A DNA stretch of 64,000 bases, taken from positions 236,654,001-236,718,000 of the forward strand of contig OZ024741.1 of the NCBI GenBank assembly GCA_964016885.1, given 5' to 3'. Made by a program: the position numbers and the translations under genes. Each line of letters begins with the position of its first letter. Position 1 is the stretch's first letter. A model generated the notes under the pieces. That model was given only the letters and a program-made list of their open reading frames with translations, did no database searches and was not told the DNA's origin. The stretch comes from Eledone cirrhosa (lineage: Eukaryota). Positions 1 to 13,870 of the stretch are shown piece after piece.

Positions 1-796
1 GACTTAAATTATATTTCGTGAATAAATATTTTCTAATTTTGAAAAATATACAGGAAAAAACAAGAAAGCTCTTAAAGGAGGTTACTCTTGCTTTCACCTC
101 TTCTTGATTATTTCCCTTGAAACAATTGGGCTCTGTAGGGTACTTTACGACCATCTCTATATTTTGTTTAAGAAGTTTGCTTTTCAAGCACGCGATTCAA
201 AGTTCGACCCCACTCTATGTCATTTTAGGTGAATGTCTTCTACTGTAGCATGGGATTCAACCGTATACGAATATATATATTTTTTCCCCTTTTTCTTTTT
301 TCTTTTATTTGTCTCTCTTTTTATCTATTACTTGTCCCACTAGTTCTTTTTGATTACCAATTGTAAGGAGTACTCGATACTTCCCCGAGTCTGTCATGGC
401 TTACTAGCTCTATACGGACGTTTGAATTGAATAAATAAATATATATATATGGGTGTGTGTCTGTCTGTAGACTGTTGGTGAGTAATCTTATATATATCCG
501 GGTTGTACTCAGACATGAGAGAGCGAACACCCTAAAACAAATAAATATATATTATTGTTCTTTATCCCACCGGACTATTAATTATGGTATTTATTTTGAT
601 GTATAAAACAGTAATTTATATTAAATATAATTCTACTGGTATTTACCTATTTATAGTAGAACCAATATTGTTAGAACTTCATGTAGCACGAATATGAATA
701 TCCCAACGAAATAAGGTGAAAAATGTTTTTTGTTTTTGTGGAAGGATGTCATTATAGATTTTATTGAGTATTCAAAAGAACTAAAGTCATATACAT

Positions 797-1108
797 GAGT
801 TGAACAATGAAAACAAAAAAGTCGAGATTTCGGGTTTAATTACTTCATTGTTTTACGATCGTTTCAAAAGGTTGAATGAACCATGAAAATATCGATATAT
901 TGTCTAATCGATAGCGGTTATATAACCCCATATCATCAGTCTCGGTAAAATAGATCACTCGAGACTAAAAATAAGGAGTTACGTAACTGCTATTGATTAG
1001 TCAGTATATCGATATTATCATAGTTCATTCAACTTTTTGAAACGATCGTAAAACAATGAATTAATTAAACACGAAACCTCGCCGTTTTTTTATTTTATTG
1101 TTCAACCC
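797..1108. repeat. Long imperfect palindrome (~150-bp arms), PLE pLTR-like, with HHR-like core on the minus strand
   Basis: ttcattgttttacgatcgtttcaaaag is mirrored by ctttttgaaacgatcgtaaaacaatgaa. The minus strand reads CTGATGA...GAAACGATCGTA. Confidence 0.75.
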
Positions 1109-1776
1109 ATAATTAAATTCTATTAGATTTATGTTCTTGTATTCATTTAAATACGACTGGCGATTTTGTTTTGGAATTGTCTCTGTTTTCAATTCTGTAG
1201 AGGACAGAGAGTTTGAGAAAGTGGAAGAGAGAGGATGAGATGGTATAATATAAGACGGAAAGAGAAAGGGATGAAAGAATATGAGAGTGAAAATCGGAGG
1301 GAGGGGGAAATAGATATTGTAAGAGAAAGGTGCGTCGAAGGAGGGAGAGAGAGATTTTATTGTGATTTAAAAAAAAAGAAAGTTTGCAACGCTACACACG
1401 TAAGTGTGTGTACATTTTCTTCAGTTGTCATTTAAGCCCACTTGAGGCGGCATGTCACCCTCAGAAGGAGGCGTTTGGAGGGGAGTTTATCGTACATCAG
1501 AAGTTATTTCATTAAAAAGGGAAAAGACAATATGCATGACCGACGAAATAGATGTTGTGACGGCAGTTGTGTGTTGTGTGTTGATGTATTTGTGTAGTGG
1601 TGGTGGTGATTGTGTGTTGGTGTGGCGTGCGGCGTTGGTGTAGTGTTGGTAGTGGTGGTGGTTTGGTGGTGATGATGTGTTGTTGATGTGGTGAAGGTGT
1701 GCTAGAAGTGGTGTAGTGGTGGTGGTATGTGGTTCGTTATATGTTGGTGTGGTGGTGTGTTATGTTTTATTATTAT

Positions 1777-2915
1777 AGTATCGGTAGAGGGTCGGACGCC
1801 ATGCTTTCCAGCATAGTTACGTCCCTTTACGATCTGAGTTCAAATCCCGCCGAGGTTAACTTTGCCTTTCATCCTTACGGGGTCGATAAAATAAAGTACC
1901 AGTAATGCACTGGTAAATTGCTGGCCTTGTGCCTAAAGTAGAAACAATTATTATTATTGCGGTGGATTGGCAGTATCGGTAGAGGGTCGGACGCCATGCT
2001 TTGCAGCAAAGAGTTACGGCTCTTTATGATCTGAGCTCAAATCCCGCCGAGGTTAACTTAGCCTTTGATCCTTATGGGGTCGATAAAATAAAGTACCAGT
2101 CACGCACTGGGGTCGATTTAATCGACTTTCCCCTCCCCCCCAAATTACTGGCCTTGTGCCTATATAAGAAACCATTATTTTTATTGCCCGCCAAGTTTAA
2201 CTTTGCCTTTCATCCTTACGGGGTCAATAAAATAAAGTACCAGTAATGTACTGAGATCATTGCTGGCCTTGTGCCTAAAGTAGAAACAATTATTATTATT
2301 GCGATGGATTGGCAGTATCGGTAGAAGGTCGGACGCCATGCTTTGCGCCAAAGAGTTACACCCCTTTATGGTCTGAGTTCAAATCCCGCCGAGGTTAACT
2401 TTGCCTTTCATCCTTACGGGGTCGATAAAATAAAGTACCAGTAATGCACTGGGTATTTGCTGGCCTTGTGCCAAAAGTAGAAACAATTATTATTGGATTG
2501 GCAGTATCAGTAGACGGTCGGACGCCATGCTTTGACGCATAGAGTTACGCCCCTTTCCATTCTGAGTTCAAATCCCGCCGAGGTTAACTTTGTCTTTCAT
2601 CCTTACGGGGTCAATAAAATAAAGTACTAGTAATGCACTGGGTAATTGCTGGCCTTGTGCCAAAAATAGAAACAATTATTATTTGCTAGGTCAGGGCGGT
2701 GGATTGGTAGTATCGGTAGAAGGTCGGACGCCATGCTTTACAGCATAGAGTTACGTCCCTTTGAGGCCTGAGTTCAAATCCCGCTGAGGTTAACTTTGCC
2801 TTTCATCCTTACGGGGTCGATAAAATAAAGTACTAGTAACATACTGGGGTCGATTTAATCGACTTTCCGCTCCCCCAAATTACTGGCCTTGTGCCTGTAC
2901 TAGAAATCATTATTT
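1777..2915 (+). mobile_element. Head-to-tail array of ~6 tRNA-derived SINE units (octopus-type, Meta-like central domain)
   Basis: Repeated unit tggcagtatcggtag...gagttcaaatcc (A/B boxes)...gcctttcatccttacggggtcgataaaataaagtaccag, joined by (ATT)n. Confidence 0.9.
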
Positions 2916-3251
2916 GCTAGGTCTGGAGATAGGGGCTGTGCCAATGGCTTTTGCATGGCCCCTGAGACTGATAAGTCGCCTACTGTATGAAAGACGTGTG
3001 CAGGGGAAAAAGTCCAGAGGAATGACATTGTGCATAGTGGTTTTTGCAGGGCCTGGGGAGTCGGACACAATATGGGTGTTGAAAGAAGGAGAGGCAAATG
3101 AAGTAGTAGTCCCTGAGTGAAGGTGGTAGGAGGACAGCCAGTTCTGAAGAGTAGATGTCATTGTAGTAGCGATAGAAATGTGAGCTAATGGTTGGAGAGT
3201 CAGTGACTTTATACCAATCAGGCGAGTGGACTTTTTCTATATGGTCTAGGA

Positions 3252-4579
3252 CAGAGGTGGAGAACCTTTCATGTTGAAAGACCGCATTAATTTACTTGTA
3301 ATATACGAGGGTAAGTCAAAAAGGTTCCGGACATGCTTTATTTAAAAAAGGACTTTATTTACATAAGTTTAAACACCATCTCTTGCGAAATAGCCCCCTT
3401 GTGCAGCAATGCACCGATTCCAGCATTCCTGTCACACCTAGAATGCGGCCTCGAAGTCATCTTTTCTAAGCCTGTCAAGAACCTTCTGCGATTCGTGTTG
3501 GGTCTCGGCAACGATGTTAACACAGTGACCTTTGAGCTTGATTTTCATCTTCAGTAAAAGGAAGAAGTCTGCAGGAGCTAAATCTGACGAGTAGGGCAGA
3601 TGCGGCAGCGATGGGATGTTGTGTTTAGCGAGAAACTCACGGACGATGAGTGCTCGGTTACAGGATGCTTTCGCCGAATGTTCTCCTTCAAACGCCTCAG
3701 AACTTTTCATTAAAACTCGCTTTTGGCGGTCTGGCCCTGGAGGATGAATTCTCGATGAATAATGCTGTGGATGTCGAAAAAGACGATGAACATTCTCTTG
3801 GTTGAATTGTGACTCTGCGTGTTCAGTTCAGACGTTAGGATTGCCTGCACTGACCAACAATGTTAGCAAAGTCGGCACACCAACAATGTTAGCAAAGTCG
3901 GCGATCGTCTTCCGACGATCCTCATGCACAAGTTGCCTAATTTTTATTCAACATTTCCAAGGTCTTCCAGATCGCTCGTCGTTTTCCAGGCACCGTCTGC
4001 TTTAGAAACGCTCGTGCCACTCGAAGCATTGCGAACGAACCATTGCCTCCTGGTCGTAACTTGCTGAAGCATGTTCAATATCTATGTGGTCGATTTTCCA
4101 AGTTTAACGCAAAACTTCACGTTGGCTCTTTGTTCCAACTTGATGTCCATGATGTAATCGCAGATATGCACATGAACGTGGTCAGAAAATCACCAATTTA
4201 ACAATTCACGATGTAAACACAACGATGTCATTTGGTATACTGACTTATGATAGTTACAGCTAACTATCATTGCGTGCGCAACCCTATGCTGCCATCTGTT
4301 AGCGTGCTACAAAGCTAGTCTGAAAACTTTCTGATACCGCCATGTTAAAAGGCCGCATTTAAGAAACCATAATTATATATTCTTAAAATTTACAGTATTT
4401 TGCAAAAATATTACTACTATGTACTAATTATCTAAAATAAAACGGAAAAATATGTTCGTGTTATAGACGAAAGAGATAGACAAAAACATATTAATAAAAA
4501 ATGAAAATTTGTTGGAAATTTTGGTTCTTGCAAAAGGGCGCACAGAATGGCATAGAATGCTACAGGTTCCCTATCTCTG
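3252..4579. mobile_element. Non-autonomous hAT (Charlie-like) element
   Basis: TIRs CAGAGGTGGAGAACCT / AGGTTCCCTATCTCTG; 8-bp TSD gtctagga / gtctagca. Confidence 0.75.
3306..4344 (-). mobile_element. Mariner transposon, internally deleted transposase pseudogene
   Basis: ORF 3438-3710 has HLPYSSDLAPADFF (the YSPDLAPxD motif); left end TA-CGAGGGTAAGTCAAAAAG with a degenerate right TIR. Confidence 0.9.
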
Positions 4580-4586
4580 GTCTAGC

Positions 4587-4619
<33 letters not shown>

Positions 4620-5096
4620 TGTATGTATGACAGCAGCACCGTCCTAGATGTATGAGAATTACTCCATTGTGAGTTTTACATGAACTTTGTAGAGGATTGA
4701 AATGTTTTCTGAATGGGAAGAGAAGGGCCACTCTTTTAAATGCATTTCTAAGTATGTTTAAGATGTTCGTTTGCCACAAGAGATCTTTCGTGAAGCCAGC
4801 ATTTGGAGCGAATTCAAGGGCTCTCTAATTACGTATTATTTATGTTTGACCGTGGTGAGTTGCAGTGATGTTTTAGTCCCTTACAAAACATAAACATTAG
4901 CAATAAGAATAAATCAGATATCTAACTGATTTATTTTCAGTCTTTCGACTGGGCGTCGATCATACATGGACAACGTCTTAAAGAGTTTCTGCTATCACAC
5001 TGATGACAGTACTTATTTCGATTTATTACTTATTATCGATCTTTATTTCTCGAAGTACTACGTTACTGGACAAAACTAAGAAACACACACACACAC

Positions 5097-5618
5097 TCGA
5101 AAAGGCATACGACAGTGTTCTACGGGACCTACTGTGGAAGGTTCTGCAGGAGTATGGGATCGATGTACAGCTTCTTGTTGCTCAGATGTCTCTATATGAA
5201 TTCCCTAGTACTTGTGTTTAGATAAATGGTGCTCAATCGAAACCATTCAATGATGGGACTCCATCAAGGATTCGCACTGTCACCTCTCCTTTTCATAATC
5301 TTCATGAACAGGATTGACATGTGTATCTGGGTTGGAAGTGGTATCATGACTGGCGGGTGTAAAATTTGTCGGCTGGAATTTGCAGATGACATGGTGTTAC
5401 TTAACTTGACTGAGGGTGATCTTCAGCTTGCATTTTATAGTTTTGATGCCGAGTGCTGCACGGCCGGAATGAAAATCAGTGCTGCGAAGATTGAGACATT
5501 CGTCTTCTCAAGGAAATCAGTGCAGTGTACTCTACATGTCATTGGATTTCCACTGAAGCAAATGGAGAAGTTCAGATATCTCGGGACCGTTTTCATGAGT
5601 GGTGGAAGACTGAATTAA
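5097..5618 (+). mobile_element. RTE-clade (Expander/Rex3-like) LINE RT fragment
   Basis: LEKAYDSV, GLHQGFALSPLLFIIFM, EFADDMV, EKFRYLG. Confidence 0.9.
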
Positions 5619-5720
5619 GTGCAACCTAATCATTATATATATACAAGATTTAGACCCCCAAAGATAGTCTGTGTGTATATATATACATACATATGTGTGT
5701 GTGCACGCGCGCGTATGTAT

Positions 5721-6556
5721 GTCGGGTCACTCTTGAGTGCTACTGGTAACATGTAACCTAGTACAACCTGTCGCATGGTCGGCTCGTCGGCGATTAAACC
5801 GGCAACCCCACCAAGTTTACTTGGTGAGGAGGGTGTTTTTAGACACCCTGCAGGACAAAAAAACAAAACCTGACAAAGGGCGGAAGAACTCATAAGAGTC
5901 AACGGCCATCCAAAAATGTGTAAATATGTATATACACATGTACATATGTATGTATATATGTATATGCATGTGTGCATGTGTATGTATATGCACGGGGACA
6001 TAGAAATAGTCGAGCTGGATACCCGATCGCGCGGTTAAACCACTGGGAAGGAAGGACCCCTAGCCTTTGTCAGGGCATTCTTCTAGGAGGAGGCAACTCA
6101 GGAAACTGGGATAACTCCGATATAAAACCTGCGGCTCAGTAGTAGTTACCGATGATGTTGATCTTTTCTTCTTTTGGGGTTATAGCTGTCGCTCAGAGAG
6201 TGGGATTGACTCAGAGCACAGTCTTTCCTCACTTTAAAAAAAATCTTCATGCACAGGCATTGCACGATAGAATTAATTAATAATTATTAATAATGGTATA
6301 TTGTGCAATGGCCATACTCGATAATGAGGGGGCAGCCATCATGTATTTATGTATGTATATATTGGTCAGTTCGCTTAATAGCGCTACTGGTAACATGTAA
6401 CCCAGTACAACCTCTTGCATGATCGGGTCGTCGATGACTAAGCCGGCAACTCACCAAGCTTGATTGGTGATGAGGGTGAGTTTGGACACTCTGCGGGACG
6501 AAAAACAAAACCCGATAAAGGGCGGAGGAACTCAGAAGAGTCAACAGCCATCCAAT
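5721..6556 (+). mobile_element. Cluster of three RTE-derived non-autonomous element pieces (5721-5915, 6000-6340, 6362-6556)
   Basis: Homologous to the full copy at 58235-58870 and reverse copies at 33860-34242 and 45825-46358; embedded in TA/TG microsatellites. Confidence 0.75.
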
Positions 6557-6609
6557 AAAGTATGTACATATGTATCTACTTATATCTTTTGTATTTTATG
6601 TGTATATAA

Positions 6610-6935
6610 GGTGCATGGCTTACTGGTTAAAATGTCGGGCTTACAATCCTGAGATTGTGAGTTCGGTTCTCGGACCGGGCTCTGCGTTGTGTTCTTGAGC
6701 AAGACACTTTTCCACGTTGCTCCAGTTTACTCAGCTCTATAAATGAGTTGCGACGTCATTGGTGCCAAGCTGTACCGAACATTGCTTTTCCCTATGACAA
6801 CATCGGTGATGTAGAGGGGGAAGACAGGTATTCATGGGTGATTGCTGGTCTTCCACAAACAACCTTGCCCGGACTTGTGCCTCCGAGGGAAACTTTCTAG
6901 ATGCAAATCCCATGGTCATTCGTGACCGAAGGGTG
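6610..6935 (+). mobile_element. tRNA-derived CORE-type SINE (second family)
   Basis: A box tggcttactgg, B box gagttcggttctc, CORE-like gttgtgttcttgagcaagacactt. Reverse partial copy at ~16870-17016. Confidence 0.75.
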
Positions 6936-7589
6936 GTCAAAAGTGTTTCACGGAACGGCCATTTATATTTTTATAAATACATTTTAATCTTTTTCATCTT
7001 TTACCTTTTTTTAAAACTCCTGCCCTTTTCGTATGGCATCGCCAGGTGAAGGGGTGAAGGCGGGTCCTGGCGCCTTAAAACTAGTGCTTAATCAAGTCAA
7101 CCATCAATTGATTTGCGACCTGCTCTGCACTTGTCAATGTGCATACCCTGCACCAGTAAAGGAAATTCATCTAGGTGGAGTGAGTGGGTTCTGTTCTGCA
7201 CTAGCAAAATCTACTATTATCAAATTCAATGTGCAGGTCGTTCAATAGAAAGACAAAAGCAAATCAAGCGGCGATAAAGTGACAGTGAAGGAGACAGGTG
7301 GAGGATGCCACTGGGGATCTCTAACCTGAGCTTTGCATGTATAGTCGCAAGAAGAAGATGGCCGTTCAGTGAAACACATGAGAGCAATTTCACAGTCTGT
7401 GTCCTCTTCTTAACTAAAGAAGGATAGTAATGCTTTCCCGGAAATGGGAAGGAGCTAGAAAGGGTGCCCTAAAATTTGCTTGCTCCACTTAATCGTGTCC
7501 AATTTTGGATGTCCAATTTTGCAGTCGAAACACAAGAAATAATCTAAACTCTAGAATAGCGGAGAACAGTCATTGCTGCTCGTGCTCTG

Positions 7590-7850
7590 GGGTAAAAGGG
7601 CATTCATATTGCTGCCTTGTCTTAAACAAGATTTCCAGACACTGGTCAGCTTAAGGAAATTCGCGGTGGTTACACCTTTTGGATTAGCAAACCTGAAACT
7701 GAAAAACGAAACTTTGGAGTGGGATTTGGCATCAGAACTGGCATTGCAAACAGCCTTGAATCATTGTCAACCATCTTAAATGAGCGTCTTATGCCTTTAC
7801 GACTTCCAATTGCTAAAACCAAACATGTCACTTTGATTAGCTGCTATAAT
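7590..7850 (+). mobile_element. RTE LINE AP-endonuclease fragment
   Basis: TRFPDTGQLKEIRGGYTF, GVGFGIR, NERLMPLRLP, HVTLISCY. Confidence 0.8.
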
Positions 7851-8139
7851 GATGTCAATGTCAATATGGTCTGGGGTTCTTCAGCATTATATGGATTTCT
7901 TAAGGTTCAGTTTCTTAGGGTCTTGAGGGAAACTCATTGCCTCAATTTTTTTTTTTTTGGGGGGGGGGTTATTGTTTGTGTTGTTTGGGTTGTTTTAATT
8001 AAGTTGAATATTCTACGTTTTCTTATTTTAATGTTTTCTTATAAAATGCTTAGTTTTGGTTTGTATTTTTTAAAAACATTTTCCTTGTTTAATCAAATTC
8101 GTGTTTATAAAGGGAAATTTTGATATTTAGGATATTTAT

Positions 8140-8447
8140 TTGTCTCAGACACGCAACCCACAGGCCGCATGTGGCCTGCAAACTATTTTTTTATGGCCCA
8201 CGACAGAACAATGTTCGTGACTAATATTTTCCCGAAACTTGTTTTAATATTATTTATAGCCCAATTTATTGCAATTTAACCATGAAATACAATAAAATGG
8301 AATGTATCTAAGGTGAAAACGGAAAAAAGGGAATTTACCAAAAGTAAAAATTGAATTAAGGAAAATTTGAAATGGCAAATTTGTCTCCCTATATTTTGGA
8401 TTAATTCACATATTCCATACATTATCATACGTGAATTCAGTTTGACG

Positions 8448-8480
<33 letters not shown>

Positions 8481-8617
8481 AGCAGCTTATCAGCTCGAAT
8501 ATTGCAGATTAGCATCACAACTGGTGGAAATCATACCCCTCGCATTCGCATTTGACCCGCTGTGCTTCTCCTCTACGACATAATGGCCCCTTTGAGCCCA
8601 TGGGTTTGCGACTTCTG
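8140..8617. mobile_element. Degenerate hAT-like MITE
   Basis: ggccgcatgtggcc subterminal motifs; right end tttgcgacttctg followed by ctctaga. Confidence 0.5.
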
Positions 8618-8879
8618 CTCTAGATGTTCACTAACGGATATTTGTTTGGTATTGGGGTCCTGCATCTGTTGATGGATGACAATCATTCTTTACCTCAGAG
8701 TTAATCACGTTTGTCCTAGGTAGTCTTCATTATATACATTGCATTCAAATCCCGTCGAGGTTAACTTTGCCTTTCATCCTTAAGGGGTCGATAAAATAAA
8801 GTACCAGTAATGTACTGGGTAATTGCTGGCCTTGTGCCAAAAGTAGAAACAATTATATACATTGCATTTAATAACGTAA

Positions 8880-10060
8880 ATTAAATTTGTTGATGTATAG
8901 GTGAAATAATTCTGTTTGATAAATGTTTCTCCCGATTTAAATTCACCTTACATGCTTTCAAACAGGTTAATGCAGATTCCACAGTTACGGTGATCATACT
9001 TTTTGACTATTGGGGGTTGTATTTTTGATATGGATAATTTGACGCCTGTAATTAATGTTTTAAAGGACTTTGGTTGTCTTTTACTTTTAATTATTTTATA
9101 TGTTTTGAGTGTCTTTTTCACTCTTGGGTCTTTCATTAATAATAGAATATTCTAATGTACGTTCCTATATAATGCAGCGTATTAGAAGTGTTTCTTCTTT
9201 TTCTAAATTCTTGAATATTTATCATTTTTGCACATTCTATTTCGTTATTAATTAACGTCAATGGGTATTATTGTCTTTCGATAATATACGTTTTAGTTCT
9301 TAAAGTCGTTTATCCAGAATTTCTAAATTAGATACGATTGTGTAAATTCTTCTTGCCAAGTGGAAAGGTATATATATATTTTTGTATATTTTAACTAACG
9401 TGAGGGAAATAACAGATACTGTTTTGTGTCTGTTGACACAAAAGTAAATGTCGGTTTTGATTGTGTCTTACTTGATTAAGATTTCAGAAAAGGGTGATTT
9501 TCTACTACATTCCATTGCAAATTGGATACTGTGGTTTATGTTATTGATTAAAGTTTTAACCTCATTCAGTTGATCCAATCTCTGTCCATAGGATAAAGCA
9601 ATCATCCAGGTAGGGTTTCCAGTTGTTCAATAGGTGTTTATGATGAAAGTTGTTGCCGAAACTTAATCCTAAGTGTTTGTTGTATATTTTGATTTCTAAT
9701 TATGCTGACAAACCAAAGTAAGTTTTTCGCCCATCGCAATCCCAGATATTTGTCTGTAAATGTTAACATTGAAATTGTAGGAAGAATTCAGTCGTGCATC
9801 TTTTCTTAATTCGCTTCAGGGAAGATTTTCTAGCCAGAATTCTATTGCTTCTATCCCATATTCCTGTGGATTTGTGGTATAGTGATTTACTGCATTAAAT
9901 GTGAAATTATAGTCTTACTATCATATTTTAGTAGCTTGCTGTTGTGGATTTTAGGAAGCCTGTAGAAATTGTTAGTTTCCCATTAAAATCTCCTTAAATA
10001 GCTAGGTTCCTTTTCCGGTAAACCCTTTTTGGAGTTGATGAATGAGGATAGTCTGCTTTT
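8880..10060 (-). mobile_element. Highly degenerate Penelope-like element
   Basis: Minus strand encodes TNNFYRLPKIHNSK (the PLE FYxLPKIHK motif) and a Cys-rich CGIC segment preceding a decayed GIY-YIG region. Confidence 0.6.
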
Positions 10061-10184
10061 TCACTATTTCAGATTATATATATATGTGTGAGTGTGTGTG
10101 TGTGTGTGCAGACTAACTGTATAAAAGAACAACCCAGAATTCACACACACACAATATATACAATATATCATATAGTTTAAAGTT

Positions 10185-12253
10185 TTGCATTTTCCTCCTT
10201 TTTCCTCATACTACTACTATTCCTCCACCTTTTCCTCCAAACTATTGATTATTTATTTTATTGTTTTCTTATTGTTTTCTCTATCCTTTCACCACCCTCC
10301 TCTACCTCTCTCATTACCATATATTATCGATTTCTTCCCACTTTCTCATTATTTTTCTAGAAGACTGACTTCACAGCACTTCCTTCTAACTTTCATCGCA
10401 TTCTCTATCGTCTGCTCGTACTTCCACTCATACTCATACATAACTAACTGAGAGGGGAGGGGGGGAGAGAGAAAGCAACTCTTCCCGCTCCTCTCATTTT
10501 ATTACTTTATCCTACTCCCTTCCACATACACGTACCGTAATTTACTGTAATTGCTCTCTTTCTATCAACTTTTATCGTTTTCCTTACATTTTCATTTCGT
10601 TTCTTTCCTCTTTTGTCGTTCTCATACTCTTTCTTACTTATTCACGACATCCAACTCACTATTTTCCTTCTTTTTCTTGACTTATTCTCTCTCTCACTCT
10701 CCTCTCTTTCTGATCCTTTCTCACATCTCTCTTATTTTCTCCAGTTTCTATTCTCTCTCTTTTTCCTCTGCCTTATCCTCTCTCTTTCTCCTTTCCTCTC
10801 TGTCTTATTCCGTTCCTGCTGGCTCCTCCACTTCCTCCTCCTCCTCCTCATTCTTCTTCGTCTTCTTCTTCTTCTTAATTATTATTCTCTTCTCTTCTTC
10901 TTTCCCTCCGTCTGATTATTTCTCTTTCCCTTTGTTCTCTTCGTCTTATTCTTTCTCTTTCTCTCTTTCATTCTCTCTAGTTCTCTTCTTTTTTTATCCA
11001 TCTTAGCTAAAGAAACAATGGGATGACGAGAAGGTAGAAATGATGGGGGGGGGGGGGGATTAAAAAAAGGAGAGAGAATGAAAAGTAGAAGGGGGTGAGT
11101 ATGAAAGAGAAAGATTTTCTCCTTTTCTCATTCTCACCGTTCCTCTTTCTTATTCGCCTCTTCTGCATATCTCTTTCTTTTTCTCTTATTTTCTTCATTT
11201 CTCTTCCTCTCTGTTTTACTATCTCCCTTTGTCTCATTTTCTCTCTCTTTCTTTAATTATTCCTCTCTTTATCCCTTCTACCTTCCCATCCTCTCTTCTA
11301 CCACCAGACCCACTCCCCTACCCAATAACAACAACTCGGCCATATTATCTTTCTCTCTTTGTCATTTTCCTCTTTATTTTCTTCTCTCACTACTACTACA
11401 GCCTTCCTCATACTTCCTTTCTTCTTTAACTCTGTCTTTCTTATCTATTCACCTCTCCCTCTTTATCTATTTATATCTAATCGTAATTACATCTCCTACT
11501 ACTGCCACCATTGCTAGCTAACATGGCCTAATTTCCCACTGTTTCTCTTCTCCCACCCCGACTGTCTTTCTACTCTCTCTGTCTCATACCCTCTCTCTTT
11601 CCAACCTCTCTCACCCCCTCTATCTTTCTACTCTCTTACGCCGTCTACTCTCTCTTCTTACTTGTCTGTCTTTCTACGCTCTCTCTCTCTCTCTTGCCCC
11701 CTCTCTCTCTCTTTCCCCACCTCTCTCTCTCTCATCTTTTACCTTAACATTCCTTTAACCCCTTTTTCTTTCTCACTACCAAGGAGTTTTTCTCATTCTT
11801 TTTCTTTTATTCGCTACCTTTTTTCCTTTTTCCTTTCACTCTCCTCTTCCTTTATCCATTGTTTTTATCAGGCCTCTTACCTCTAAGCAATACAAATAAA
11901 CTCTCTCTTTCTTACCTTTTCTTTCTCCCACTGCCCCCCCGTTTCTCTCTCTCTCTCTCTCTCTCTCTCAATTATCAATATGCTTTCTCTATTACCAACA
12001 CATGCTTCCCTACCAATGTCTCTATCTCTGTCTCTCCCTCCCTCTCTCTCTATCTCTCTCATATCACCGTCCTACTCTATTACCAACACTTGTCACCCTG
12101 CCAATGTCTTTTTCTCTGTCTCCTTTTCTTGCTTCCCCCTTCTCTCTCTCATCAATATACTCTCTCTATTACCAACACATGTCTCCCTACCAATGTCTCT
12201 TTCTCTCTGTTTCTCTTTATCTGTCTACTTCTCTTGTGCACTCTCTTACCATT

Positions 12254-12295
<42 letters not shown>

Positions 12296-13279
12296 CCTTT
12301 CTCTGTTTTCCAATATCTTCCTGTTGTTATGTCCGCTTCATACACCGTCGTCCCCTCCCAATAATTTATCTCCGTCGCCAACGTCACTCTTTTCTAACTT
12401 CTACTGCTTGCTCGTTTAATATCACTCTCCTCCACTTTTCTCTCCCTCTATATCATCATATCATTCAATAATACCACCACCACCACCACCACCGCCACCA
12501 CCACCGCCACCACCACCACCACCACCACCACTACAAAAACAACAACAATAACATCATCACGAGCCATGGTTGTTCAACCTGCTACAAATAGCAACCAAAT
12601 AACCCTCAAATCACATCTTACTTCTTATATAAAGGAGGGACAGTCTGAATAATGGGATCTTTAGTTGCGTCAAAATGTCTTGGTCATGACTGGATTGTCT
12701 TCGATTATATTTACTTGACCAGGGCTGACCTGGAGCTAAATAACACCCATCACTATCATCTATATCACAGTCTCCACCCCACACACTACCACCATCACCA
12801 CCGCCACATCAACAACACCCCCTACCCTCATCATCTCACTACTACCACCACCACCACCACCACCCAAACAACAACAATATCACCACAACACCAACAACAC
12901 AACCACTGTCGACACTACCACCACCACTATCATCACTCCAACAACAACAACATCTCCACACCACCACCACCATCACGTTCACAATCACCACCAACACCAG
13001 TGCTGCCGCTGCCCCCACCACGAGTAGCTCCAGCACTACCACGACAATCACCCTCATCATCATCAGCAGCAACACTAGCACCAGCACCACAACAACTACC
13101 ACCACCAACAGCCAATAAGCTGGCCTGTTTTAAGATAAACACCAAAAACCATTTGTAATGTCAACAATTAATACCCCCCCCCATCCCAATCTTTTCTGAA
13201 ACAACCACCACTACTTCCACGACTACTACTACTACTACTGCTGCTGCTCTTGCTGCTGCTGCTACTACTGCTGCTCTGT

Positions 13280-13323
<44 letters not shown>

Positions 13324-13325
13324 AG
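10185..13325. repeat. Pyrimidine-rich, (CT)n, (CAC)n and (CTA)n low-complexity tract with a short minisatellite (~11985-12200)
   Basis: Direct inspection; ctctattaccaacac...ccaatgtct occurs three times. Confidence 0.85.
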
Positions 13326-13692
13326 GGGTATAATATGCCCCTATGACTACACAACACTACATGTTAAACATCACTAAACCACTCTAAAGTACACAGCGAT
13401 GCACATAGTGTTATTGCACTATACATACATACATTACACTATATACACCATACTACAACATACACATTTACACATAAATCGCACTACACACCATAATTCA
13501 TACACATATGTATATACGTACCTTAACATATATCATGACGTATACATATACAGGTTTTAAATAATTTAAAATGTAGCCCAATGTATAGGATTTTTAAAAA
13601 CCCTTTTGTTACCAAGCCACCTGAAACAACTCCTGGTTCTATAGCACACATCTGATTGTTTTAAAGTTTGTATTTATTATCCAAACACCAAC

Positions 13693-13870
13693 TTAATGGT
13701 TTCTAATTTTGGAACAAGGCCAACAATCTCTAGTGAGGGGAAAGTCGATTAAATCGACTCCAGTAGTTGAAAGGTAGAGTTGACCTCGGTATGATTTGGA
13801 CTCAAAATATAAACTAAATGCCGTAAAGCATTTTATTCGACACACTGAAAATTCTGCCAGCCCACCCTTA
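13693..13870 (-). mobile_element. SINE of the 1777 family; other copies at ~8748-8855, 19385-19600, 19962-20130, 27998-28190, 28470-28680 and 46545-46910
   Basis: Reverse-complement match to the array unit (aaagtcgattaaatcgac, gttgacctcg). Confidence 0.75.

Larger units (their letters stand above)
2920..4830 (-). mobile_element. Degenerate CR1-like LINE 3' region, split by a nested hAT and mariner
   Basis: Minus-strand peptides DLLWQTNILNI, LYKVHVKLTME, LDHIEK..RLIG, FYRYYNDIYSSELA and HPYCVRLP match the CR1-clade RT C-terminus. Confidence 0.6.

Noticed and set aside
1777-2915. Regularly spaced repeats as a CRISPR array or tRNA cluster
   Set aside because: Units are ~190-bp SINEs with no unique spacers, no cas genes and no complete cloverleaf.
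10551-13158. Hydrophobic S/L/F-rich and H/T/P-rich ORFs
   Set aside because: Low-complexity pyrimidine and trinucleotide tracts open in several frames.
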